Sequence record: OR608733.1
Reading direction: 5' to 3' (one strand)
DNA: 64,000 nt
The translations under genes were made by a program, and so were the position numbers. Below the pieces are notes generated by a model. It had not been told where the DNA came from. It was given only the letters and a program-made list of their open reading frames with translations, and did not search any database. Every line of letters begins with the position of its first letter. The first letter of the stretch is position 1. Positions 26,311 to 36,169 of the stretch are shown here, piece by piece.

Positions 26311-28506
26311 TTAATAGAAGTCAGAGATGAGTCGATCGTTATTTTTATCAATAAGGAAAATACCTAGGGACTCTAAGGTTAGATAGAATACACCCATAGT
26401 GTTTCCAATGATTGTTCTAACGTCAGCAACACGCGTAATAACTTCTGGAATACGACCAGTTTCTACTACTGTACTAGGAATATGGAAATCACCAATACTG
26501 GTTTTATTTTCTTCAGTAACCCATGCTTGAATACGAGCAGCTAATTTCTTATCTTCGATACCATCAATCCATTCTTTGATCGCAGTTTTATTATTAAGAG
26601 TAACTGAGATCTTTACATGTGAATAAGGTGGATCACCAGCTTCACCAAATGACGGAGCAAATACAGTCTTCCACACCAATCCCTTTTTATGAGTTGAGTT
26701 ATCTTCAGATTTATAAGATTCAGGTCGTTTAGTTTGACCACTTGTAAGATACTCGGCTTTACCACTTCTAACAGACTCAATAATTTCTCTTTCGATATTA
26801 CCGGCTTCTTTTAGAATTGAAGCTAAGTCGATTTTCTCTTCAGCCTTTACCGTCTTAATAATATCTTCCATGAGTTTTTTAGCACGACTATTAATCTTCT
26901 TAGGTACTTTACTATCCCTTAGCCCCACGCCTTTAATCTCCATCCGAGATTCATTAAACATCACCCCTTCTTGGGCATCCTGTGATGCAAAGTAATGTTT
27001 AGAACGAGTAGTTAAGGCCAGTACTGCGAAATAAAATTCGTTCTTCATTGCAAATAGACGAAGCTTATCTTTAGATACACCCATATTAGCGGATTGAATC
27101 GCTAAGATATGCATAACTACTTCAGATACTAGAAACACTAGTGCAAATACTAGTCGTTTAGCTTCATTGCTAAAAGTTACTTTACCAAAGAATTCCTCAA
27201 CCCACCATTGTAATGTAAACATAGTGGAGTCAGTATCTGAAATAACAGCAGCTCGCCTATATACCGTTGGAAAAGCATGAATACTTGATGGTACACATTT
27301 AGTCAAGAAGAAAGCTTCAATCAATAGACGATATTCATTAAGAGTTTCAGCGATATTTCGACCAGTTGCAAAAATTTGATTCAGTGTATCTGGATCAGAT
27401 TCTTTTAGTTTAGCTTTAGATCGACCTTTAACAGTATCAAAGCAAATAAAGCTAGCCAAAAGATCCATATCACCATCATAAGTTGAATATTCTTCTTCAG
27501 TGATGATTTGTTCTTTTGTTCCAACCTGGCTTAATTTAATTAGAAAGCTCTTGATTAATTCTTTATTGTATTTATATAAGTGATATAGATCACCTACATA
27601 CATAACTGCTGCTCGTTCGACTGGTGTCATCCCAGTAGCTAGTTTTAAAATCTGTGCCGTGTAATACTTATTTTGCCAATAGTGTTTAGTTGAATAAAGA
27701 ACCATATCAACTACTTCTTCTGGCGTTGGGCAATGTAGATTAAAATTAGTTACTGCTTTTTGAATTAACTCCATATCAGCTACATTAATAATATTTACTA
27801 AATTAGCTTTTGTGATTTCCGGAGTATAATAATGCCTATTACCCATAATGAATTTTTCATTATTTGAGTTAGCATAAGAGGTACCAGTTCTACAAGTAGA
27901 TGTTAAACTAGAGTGTGTGGACTTATAATAAAGAATAGTGGCAGCAGATACCGTACCTCCTGAATATGAGTTATTGTTAATTTTGAAGTTTTCTTGTTCA
28001 CCTTTACGTACTTGTGCAAGTTCTGTTTTAATTTGTGAATTCTCTTTATCGCCGGCCTGTAGGAAAGCAGCTGCTTCACGTTCAGCCTGCATCTGCTCAC
28101 CTTTAACACGCTTACGGTTTTTCACACCTTCAGCAATATAGATGGAGTGCGTCGACTGTCTAACAGACTCTGGTAAATATGCGGTCATTGATGGAGATAA
28201 TAATAGATTCTGTTTCTTAACACGGTTAAGGAAAGCCATAAATGAAACAGTCTTTAATTCCCTATCACCAAACTTATTTTTATCTAGGATAGTTGCTACT
28301 GGGTTACGAAGTGCATATTCGCCATTTTGACGTAATTGTTCTTTAACAAATTCTTTACATTCTTCTAAACTAATATTTAATTCATCTTTTGTCATTAATT
28401 GAAGATATTTGGCATTATCATCAAGACATGCATTAATGATATCAATATCACGATGGTAATCATTGACATCTTTTAAAAACGGATTTGGTTGGGCAAATGC
28501 GGTCAT
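26311..28506 (-). CDS. Family B DNA polymerase, polymerase-domain half (gp50-like)
   Basis: KINNNSYSG (motif B), VISDTDST (motif C), MKNEF, KHYFA and EIKGVGL; no exonuclease motifs. Confidence 0.88.
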   Translation of the reverse strand: MTAFAQPNPFLKDVNDYHRDIDIINACLDDNAKYLQLMTKDELNISLEECKEFVKEQLRQNGEYALRNPVATILDKNKFGDRELKTVSFMAFLNRVKKQNLLLSPSMTAYLPESVRQSTHSIYIAEGVKNRKRVKGEQMQAEREAAAFLQAGDKENSQIKTELAQVRKGEQENFKINNNSYSGGTVSAATILYYKSTHSSLTSTCRTGTSYANSNNEKFIMGNRHYYTPEITKANLVNIINVADMELIQKAVTNFNLHCPTPEEVVDMVLYSTKHYWQNKYYTAQILKLATGMTPVERAAVMYVGDLYHLYKYNKELIKSFLIKLSQVGTKEQIITEEEYSTYDGDMDLLASFICFDTVKGRSKAKLKESDPDTLNQIFATGRNIAETLNEYRLLIEAFFLTKCVPSSIHAFPTVYRRAAVISDTDSTMFTLQWWVEEFFGKVTFSNEAKRLVFALVFLVSEVVMHILAIQSANMGVSKDKLRLFAMKNEFYFAVLALTTRSKHYFASQDAQEGVMFNESRMEIKGVGLRDSKVPKKINSRAKKLMEDIIKTVKAEEKIDLASILKEAGNIEREIIESVRSGKAEYLTSGQTKRPESYKSEDNSTHKKGLVWKTVFAPSFGEAGDPPYSHVKISVTLNNKTAIKEWIDGIEDKKLAARIQAWVTEENKTSIGDFHIPSTVVETGRIPEVITRVADVRTIIGNTMGVFYLTLESLGIFLIDKNNDRLISDFY

Positions 28507-28706
28507 TTCACATATCTCTCAGTATACTTATTTTTAATTATAGTGAATGATTTCTCTCTCTTTAACTAAAAAAGAAAAGGAAAGAATGGGTACCCTATAC
28601 GGGCACCCTAAATTGAGAGGTAGCACATCAACTTACATTCACATTAGATGATGTAAGCAAGTAAAAATAATACAACATAAAAGGAGCCATAATGGCTCCT
28701 TTATAG

Positions 28707-29132
<426 letters not shown>

Positions 29133-29157
29133 CTAAAATAGTTGGTTACATAGGGTA

Positions 29158-29541
29158 TTACTCATCTAGTAATACAACTACACCAAACAGACCTTTTGTA
29201 TCCATTGGCACTGTAATTAATACATGTCCATTTGGATATTTTTCTTTAAAGCTATTGATAAAGTCGGTACAATATTCAATAACATATCCTTTAGTAGAAT
29301 AATTCTCTAACTCAATATCTTCGTCAGGATCATCAAATGAGTCATGTCCATACATCAGCATATGGATATATATGTCATTATTAAGCGTATCCATATAACT
29401 TAACTTACGTGATTCTTCAAATAAATCAAGTGGTGTTGGACAATCTGGATATATCATTCGTTTTGTATATTCACGAAGCAAATGTTGCGAATATATTTCT
29501 GACTCTTTAGATTTAAATACGATAAATACTCGTTTTTCCAT
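29158..29541 (-). CDS. Hypothetical protein
   Basis: 127-aa ORF with AGGA SD. Confidence 0.75.
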   Translation of the reverse strand: MEKRVFIVFKSKESEIYSQHLLREYTKRMIYPDCPTPLDLFEESRKLSYMDTLNNDIYIHMLMYGHDSFDDPDEDIELENYSTKGYVIEYCTDFINSFKEKYPNGHVLITVPMDTKGLFGVVVLLDE

Positions 29542-29613
29542 ATCGGTTCCTAGTAGGAAGCCTATGTGAACCGATAGGCTTTCCTATTTACGTCAATTGT
29601 TAATATGTGTCAC

Positions 29614-30150
29614 TTAATCCACATCATTGTAGCAGTCCATACCAAAGTCTTCACCTTCTAGAATATAACCTTGATTATGTTGATCAACTGCTATTGATTG
29701 GATTCTTTCTACACCATATCCATTCTGATAAAGATACGCTATTTCAGATTGTAGTTTACTAGCCAGTGTTTTACACACAGCTGCAAACCACATATTAAGA
29801 ATACTCAATGCATATTTATCTTGCATAATCACAGGCGCTACTGATGGAAAGTATTCTTGTAAATAATAGTCAACCCCTATAATTGGTTGAGTAGGCTGTT
29901 GTGCTAGAAATTCAATATATGCATTAATCGCCTGATACCATAACTGTTCTATAGATTGGTGTTCAGTATATGGGTAAGGAGTATTGTAAGACTTATTGAC
30001 AACTACATCAGCCATTTTATTAACAATGGGCCAGATATCACTGATGTTAATAACTACGAAACTCGTCATTCCTTGTTGGCCTGGAGTTATGTTATTAGCA
30101 TCATTTATCCGCTGCATTTCTTGTTGTCTATAAAGAAGTGGATGCATCAT
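29614..30150 (-). CDS. Hypothetical protein
   Basis: 178-aa ORF; ATGA overlap with the upstream gene. Confidence 0.75.
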   Translation of the reverse strand: MMHPLLYRQQEMQRINDANNITPGQQGMTSFVVINISDIWPIVNKMADVVVNKSYNTPYPYTEHQSIEQLWYQAINAYIEFLAQQPTQPIIGVDYYLQEYFPSVAPVIMQDKYALSILNMWFAAVCKTLASKLQSEIAYLYQNGYGVERIQSIAVDQHNQGYILEGEDFGMDCYNDVD

Positions 30151-30581
30151 GTTTGAGACCTCATAACTAATTTAGTTACCATCTTATATTTATCTACTTC
30201 TATACATTTAAGACTAGTAATAAGATTACCTGCTTGAATAACTTGTTTTTGGATTATCTCTAAGAAATCAGTTCCAAATAAATCCAATACCCTTTCGATA
30301 ATCTCAGCAGATCTTAAGTGCCAATTGATAGTATTAGGATTTCCCTGATGATCAAATACCATCATGCTCATCGGTCTATCTGGTTCTATATAGGTATCGC
30401 TTAAGTAATCTTCTAACCATTGCTCTAAAAAGGTAGGCCAATCTAATCTCTGCCAGTGGTTAAAGTATTCTACATATGCTGCTAGAAGTCTATTGATACA
30501 CCACAGTACAAAGTCAGTCGGTTCATCTACACCTAGCTCTTCCGTAAAAGAACGCGGTTTCAAAATTAGCAACAATTGCAT
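30147..30581 (-). CDS. Hypothetical protein
   Basis: 144-aa ORF with GGAG SD. Confidence 0.75.
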   Translation of the reverse strand: MQLLLILKPRSFTEELGVDEPTDFVLWCINRLLAAYVEYFNHWQRLDWPTFLEQWLEDYLSDTYIEPDRPMSMMVFDHQGNPNTINWHLRSAEIIERVLDLFGTDFLEIIQKQVIQAGNLITSLKCIEVDKYKMVTKLVMRSQT

Positions 30582-30981
30582 ATTGACTCCACTCTTTACC
30601 AGTGACTATAGTTAATAGAACAACTTTGTTATCTATTACACTAATGAACTTATAGTCTATTAAATTCTTCGGTGTTCTATGTAGTAATTGGATTCCAGTT
30701 GTATAGAACAAATTAATGAACTCATCCCAATCTGGACCATTTCCTAGTTGTATTGATATATCCACAAAAGGAATAACCGTATTATCCTGTTGTAATTTAG
30801 ACATCATCTTAACAACCCATTGAGTTAATAAGACGATGACTGTAGCTTCATCTTTATTTGTTAGGTAAGTAAATTTCTTTATCAATGTGATTAATTGTGG
30901 GAATACCACTTCGATTGGCAATACATATACCAGACGTTGTACTTCCTCCGATGTACAATCCATCTCGTGCTTCTGTTTCAT
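30523..30981 (-). CDS. Hypothetical protein (start uncertain)
   Basis: Fills the gap in the operon and overlaps both neighbours. Confidence 0.6.
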   Translation of the reverse strand: MKQKHEMDCTSEEVQRLVYVLPIEVVFPQLITLIKKFTYLTNKDEATVIVLLTQWVVKMMSKLQQDNTVIPFVDISIQLGNGPDWDEFINLFYTTGIQLLHRTPKNLIDYKFISVIDNKVVLLTIVTGKEWSQYAIVANFETAFFYGRARCR

Positions 30982-31306
30982 ACCACAGTTCCTTAGTATT
31001 TGTTGGAATGAGGTGCATGATCTGCTCAGCACCCTCATCGAGAAGTTCTATTAGTTTATGCATGAAATGAATGTCTTTAGCATATTCATAGAACATTTCT
31101 TCTTTAACGACCATTTGCATAAGCTTCTGTTCTGCCAATGCAACAAGCAAATGCATTGCTTCGATATAACTAATATCTAAAAAGTCCAATACAAATCTTA
31201 GATAGTTATCATCTTTAATAAGTTTACTTTTAGTCGCTCTTAGTAAAAAACGAGGTTGTGGTGTGGGTAATGGTGACGTATAGATCTTCTGGTTTCTCAG
31301 TATCAT
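30854..31306 (-). CDS. Hypothetical protein
   Basis: 150-aa ORF with AGGG SD. Confidence 0.7.
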   Translation of the reverse strand: MILRNQKIYTSPLPTPQPRFLLRATKSKLIKDDNYLRFVLDFLDISYIEAMHLLVALAEQKLMQMVVKEEMFYEYAKDIHFMHKLIELLDEGAEQIMHLIPTNTKELWYETEARDGLYIGGSTTSGICIANRSGIPTINHIDKEIYLPNK

Positions 31307-31619
31307 AAATAACCCTATTTAACTGGATGTTACCAGCTGATGGTAGAACTACCCGGTTAGAACAATTATACAGATAAGTTGTTAAATCAATATCACAAAT
31401 ATCCCTATAACCCAGCATCTGATTAATTAGTTCTATGACATCATTAGATGTGCTACCCGATGCCCTCTCAGACGCTGCTGCCAATACAATTGTTAATGCA
31501 TATTCTGCACCAATACTATTTTTTATAGATTTCCAAATATCAGAATGTTGATCTTGTACAAAAGATCTTACTTCCATTCTGATACACATTGATGTGTCTT
31601 TATCATTAGATATGTTCAT
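31230..31619 (-). CDS. Hypothetical protein
   Basis: 129-aa ORF with AAGGT SD. Confidence 0.7.
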   Translation of the reverse strand: MNISNDKDTSMCIRMEVRSFVQDQHSDIWKSIKNSIGAEYALTIVLAAASERASGSTSNDVIELINQMLGYRDICDIDLTTYLYNCSNRVVLPSAGNIQLNRVIYDTEKPEDLYVTITHTTTSFFTKSD

Positions 31620-31668
31620 TATAAAAACCTTATAATCGGTATAAAGCCCCCCATAAGGAGGGCTTTAT

Positions 31669-32742
31669 TTAGTATAGATTATTTTCTAAAATGTATCGCT
31701 CAGCTTGCGCTCGCTGATCATCAGGTAAATAATCACCACGTTGATATTCAAATACTAATTTCTCAATAGGATAAGTTGCATTCTTATTCTTGTATACAGA
31801 AATTACATAGCTATGATACTCTAGTTCATACTTAACGTCATGCTCAATTCTGGTTGAAAAATATGCCATGTTAATAGAACTAACTAGAGGGCTAATATAT
31901 TTCTCTTCAAATAGTAATAAATTATCAAGTCCTAAACTTGCAAAGAAATCATGGTTAACCTTAGGTATTAGATAAGATACTTTAATATTACTATATTGTT
32001 TAACAATTACACCAATAAGTAATGCAGTTAACTGTTCTTGAATATATTCTACTGCGATGTTATATGCATGGTTAGTGGTGATGTGGTCTTTATTTAAAGT
32101 ATAGCTACCACCATTAGCAAGAGATAGCTGAGTTTTACGCCTAGATTCGTAGATACTATAACCTAGTGTTTGTAAATTAATTCTGTCAAAGCCATGGAAG
32201 AATGTACGGAGAAATTCACTAAATAAATAGTTTAATGGGTTCAGTAGGTTAAGTGATACCACTGCATGATCATCACCATTATCAATCCCATGGACACGAT
32301 CATATTCCGCGATACGATAATCTTTGCCACTGATTAAAGTTATAACTGAACCAGCTTTAACTACATCCCATTGGATCCATGTACCGCTATCGATATATTT
32401 AGCTACTTGTTTATAGATATCTAGATAGATAGTTTCTAGATAAGGTAGTTTCATTAGATTTTCTACCCAAGCAACTTTATTACTATCTACGTCAGTTACA
32501 GCACAATTAAAAATAGCTGCTGCCATCTTAAGATTGGTGTACTGGTCTTTGGCTGTTTTATATGAAACTAAACTCTCTACTATATTTTCAACCATTAGAT
32601 GTAAAAACTGTTGAGCCACATCTTTACTCAATTTCACCCCAATCGCTTCATCAATTGAAGCTGAAGCTGTAAGCTGACCTAGTAAATCGTATATTGCTTT
32701 TTCTTGGTGGCGCGTATCAAGTACAATGAGCTTATTCGACAT
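31669..32742 (-). CDS. Conserved hypothetical protein (gp42-like), apparently two-domain
   Basis: 357-aa ORF, GGAG SD, terminator at about 31640-31667. Confidence 0.8.
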   Translation of the reverse strand: MSNKLIVLDTRHQEKAIYDLLGQLTASASIDEAIGVKLSKDVAQQFLHLMVENIVESLVSYKTAKDQYTNLKMAAAIFNCAVTDVDSNKVAWVENLMKLPYLETIYLDIYKQVAKYIDSGTWIQWDVVKAGSVITLISGKDYRIAEYDRVHGIDNGDDHAVVSLNLLNPLNYLFSEFLRTFFHGFDRINLQTLGYSIYESRRKTQLSLANGGSYTLNKDHITTNHAYNIAVEYIQEQLTALLIGVIVKQYSNIKVSYLIPKVNHDFFASLGLDNLLLFEEKYISPLVSSINMAYFSTRIEHDVKYELEYHSYVISVYKNKNATYPIEKLVFEYQRGDYLPDDQRAQAERYILENNLY

Positions 32743-32755
32743 TATATTTCTCCAA

Positions 32756-33184
32756 TTAATTTTTTGGAATAGCGATCCAAACTGTGTTCTTTAACCGATA
32801 AAATATTACAAACTTACCTGCATTTACTCTAGGTATAATTTTTAATATATCCCAAAGATCAGATGCGGCCTCATGATTATCATGAAACCATTGGATTTCT
32901 TGAGGGGTGTTATTTATTGGATTATATCCAGTAGTATACATGAATTCAAAAGAGTCAATAGAATATTTAAAGAAGTCATCAATTAAGCTGTCCTCTACTG
33001 ATTTAAATATATGCTCTAATGTACCATAGTCATCTGGATGTATTCCAAAGCTTTGGCACCTAATTGCTAAACGAGCATTTATTAGCTCTTTTGGCGATCT
33101 TGGTACTAACTTGGCTATCACCCTCGTTACATCTATTACATACAGGTCAGCTACTTGGGGAGTAGTCACAGTACAATCTCTCAT
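32756..33184 (-). CDS. Hypothetical protein
   Basis: 142-aa ORF directly after a promoter motif. Confidence 0.75.
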   Translation of the reverse strand: MRDCTVTTPQVADLYVIDVTRVIAKLVPRSPKELINARLAIRCQSFGIHPDDYGTLEHIFKSVEDSLIDDFFKYSIDSFEFMYTTGYNPINNTPQEIQWFHDNHEAASDLWDILKIIPRVNAGKFVIFYRLKNTVWIAIPKN

Positions 33185-33200
33185 TAAATGTTCAGGAACA

Positions 33201-33224
33201 TGATATAGATCTAAAAATATTTTT
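33201..33224 (-). promoter_or_regulatory. Early promoter motif
   Basis: Minus strand AAAAATATTTTTAGATCTATATCA. Confidence 0.7.
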
Positions 33225-33311
33225 AGTCAAATCTGTTCGTGGTAAGCCGATGTATATTATACCTTAGTTGGGTATTATCTCCATCGAAAAAACGCGTACA
33301 GCGCATTATAG

Positions 33312-34121
<810 letters not shown>

Positions 34122-34138
34122 AAAAAAATAAAAAAAAG

Positions 34139-34172
34139 ACATAATGCCCTCCCATTGCGGGAGGGCTTATGC
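34139..34172. terminator. Bidirectional terminator
   Basis: GCCCTCCC-ATTGC-GGGAGGGC at a convergent junction. Confidence 0.82.
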
Positions 34173-34229
34173 CATTAAGATAATATCTAAATAACACTAT
34201 ATTTAAAAACATACTGGTATAACCCATCA

Positions 34230-34535
34230 TCAATTAATACTGTTGAGAATCTTTTTGATGAGATCACCAGGTGCAATACCAATACCTGAACAATACCGTC
34301 TAAAGTTATTACACGGTTGACATGCTTTCTTTTCAACGATATTTAATTCAAAGCAAATATTGCCACGTGAATCTAGAATGGATATAAATGCTTTGTTACC
34401 TGTTACGCGATATGTCTTACCGAATACAACAGTTGTTTTATATGCAAGGCTATTCATGATTATTCCTTTAACATGGATTATTATCATGTTTGTAATATAG
34501 CCTTTAAATGTATTTAAATATTTATTAAACCCCAT
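34230..34535 (-). CDS. Hypothetical protein (true start probably further in, MNSLAY)
   Basis: ORF in the operon; AAAGGA precedes the internal ATG. Confidence 0.6.
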   Translation of the reverse strand: MGFNKYLNTFKGYITNMIIIHVKGIIMNSLAYKTTVVFGKTYRVTGNKAFISILDSRGNICFELNIVEKKACQPCNNFRRYCSGIGIAPGDLIKKILNSIN

Positions 34536-34812
34536 AGCGATGAGCTATATATGTTTTTAATACCTCATATGCCTTATCAGTTGCCATGGAACTATTGACA
34601 AAATCAGAATGATCAATCTTAATAATCTTACCGAATGAATCATAATCGATAGTTGTAACTGCTATTCGATCACTATCACGGATCAATAGTTTATTTTTAT
34701 TTAAAACAAAAATATTCCATTTCTCGCCATCGGCTAAAATAACATCCTCATCTTTAAGATTAAGACGAACAAACTGTTTTACATAAATACTTAACTGAGC
34801 AACTGTTGACAT
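34525..34812 (-). CDS. Hypothetical protein
   Basis: 95-aa ORF in the operon. Confidence 0.7.
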   Translation of the reverse strand: MSTVAQLSIYVKQFVRLNLKDEDVILADGEKWNIFVLNKNKLLIRDSDRIAVTTIDYDSFGKIIKIDHSDFVNSSMATDKAYEVLKTYIAHRYGV

Positions 34813-35123
34813 AATGATTTCTCGATATCTGTTAATGAAATAATCATATCTTGGACATTGATGGTAATAACATTTTTATAAGTTAAATAAGTTGGATATG
34901 AACCCATAAATGTAATAGTCCCACAGATATGATTTTTATATCTAATATCAACACATCCGTCATATCTCCAGATAAAATCAAATGATCCTTTAGTGTGGTG
35001 TTCAAGTGAAAGAATAGAACCACTAACTAATTTAGGATATTGTTCAAATTCAGACATTACATAATCTGCCAGTTCCTTAACCTCAGGATAATCAATCAAT
35101 AATAGCATATACGTAAATCTCAA
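34791..35123 (-). CDS. Hypothetical protein
   Basis: 110-aa ORF overlapping its neighbours. Confidence 0.7.
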   Translation of the reverse strand: MRFTYMLLLIDYPEVKELADYVMSEFEQYPKLVSGSILSLEHHTKGSFDFIWRYDGCVDIRYKNHICGTITFMGSYPTYLTYKNVITINVQDMIISLTDIEKSLCQQLLS

Positions 35124-35593
35124 TTAGTTAATATAACACCCCATCCAGGGTGGACTCTTTCGAAAAATGGTAATGTATTATTTCGTATACTGTCTGCATC
35201 AATATTTGGAATGTGGATGGTACAACAGTGGGGGTTACTGTCAATCTTGAAATAGAAATTATCTTTTAAATCTTCAACCTTGGATGTTTGTAATGGATAT
35301 AAAATACCATTCCCCCAAACATACCAACGTCTATACAGCTTATCGTTTAACCGCTTCTCAATAACCGAATGCGATTTGAAACGAGGAACTCGCAAACGCA
35401 TCCCGTTTACTTCAGCCCATTTGTCTACCCGATCATAGCTAATAATTCCATCCTTAACCATTACAAAGATAAATCCCTCAACTATGTTGGGGAGACGAAC
35501 TACGTGTTTCAGAACCATAGTAAACGGAGATAACGTCAGATCAAGTTCAGCTGCCATTTGCTCGTCGAGCTTTTTAGCAGTGTTCTTTGCCAT
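35120..35593 (-). CDS. Hypothetical protein
   Basis: 157-aa ORF with AGGAG SD. Confidence 0.78.
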   Translation of the reverse strand: MAKNTAKKLDEQMAAELDLTLSPFTMVLKHVVRLPNIVEGFIFVMVKDGIISYDRVDKWAEVNGMRLRVPRFKSHSVIEKRLNDKLYRRWYVWGNGILYPLQTSKVEDLKDNFYFKIDSNPHCCTIHIPNIDADSIRNNTLPFFERVHPGWGVILTN

Positions 35594-35632
35594 CGGTTAT
35601 CTCCTAATATACAGATTATTAATTATCGCTAG

Positions 35633-36115
35633 TTATTTAATATCTGCAAAATTCTGATTTACTTTACCCATAAAAATACCATCGGCTCTATCGTCATAAT
35701 AAAGCTTCCCTGCTTTAGCATTACATAAAACTCCATAAATGTGACCATTGTAACCATCAAAATTAAATAAAGATGGATTATGCGGTACATGAATGAATCC
35801 CATTTTATCGCACAGAAACTTAGCTACAGCAGCCGATCGGCTAATACCTGCCTCACAGTGTACGAATAGGTGTTGACCCTTACCAAGAGCTTCACAGAAG
35901 GAAATAATACGTTGTGCATGCCGATGATCAAATAGATCATAAGAAGAATCAACATAATCCTCAATGTCATCAACATTGATACGTAAATAATTAAGATGTT
36001 TTGCTGAATAAAGTGGGACTCTACCTTTCTCCAGTAGACAGATCATATTTCTAGGGGAATAAAATGATTCAGCTACATGCAAAGGAATATAAGTAACTGT
36101 ATTTACTGGTTTCAT
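35633..36115 (-). CDS. Protein tyrosine/dual-specificity phosphatase
   Basis: Catalytic loop VHCEAGISRSAAVA (HCX5R); GAGGTG SD. Confidence 0.85.
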   Translation of the reverse strand: MKPVNTVTYIPLHVAESFYSPRNMICLLEKGRVPLYSAKHLNYLRINVDDIEDYVDSSYDLFDHRHAQRIISFCEALGKGQHLFVHCEAGISRSAAVAKFLCDKMGFIHVPHNPSLFNFDGYNGHIYGVLCNAKAGKLYYDDRADGIFMGKVNQNFADIK

Positions 36116-36137
36116 ATTACACCTCGTTACAAAAAAA

Positions 36138-36162
36138 ATAAAAGGAGCCCCGAAGGGCTCCA
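36138..36162 (-). terminator. Terminator after phuZ
   Basis: GGAGCCC-CGAA-GGGCTCC (UUCG loop on the minus strand) plus a U-tract. Confidence 0.85.
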
Positions 36163-36169
36163 GTATAAG

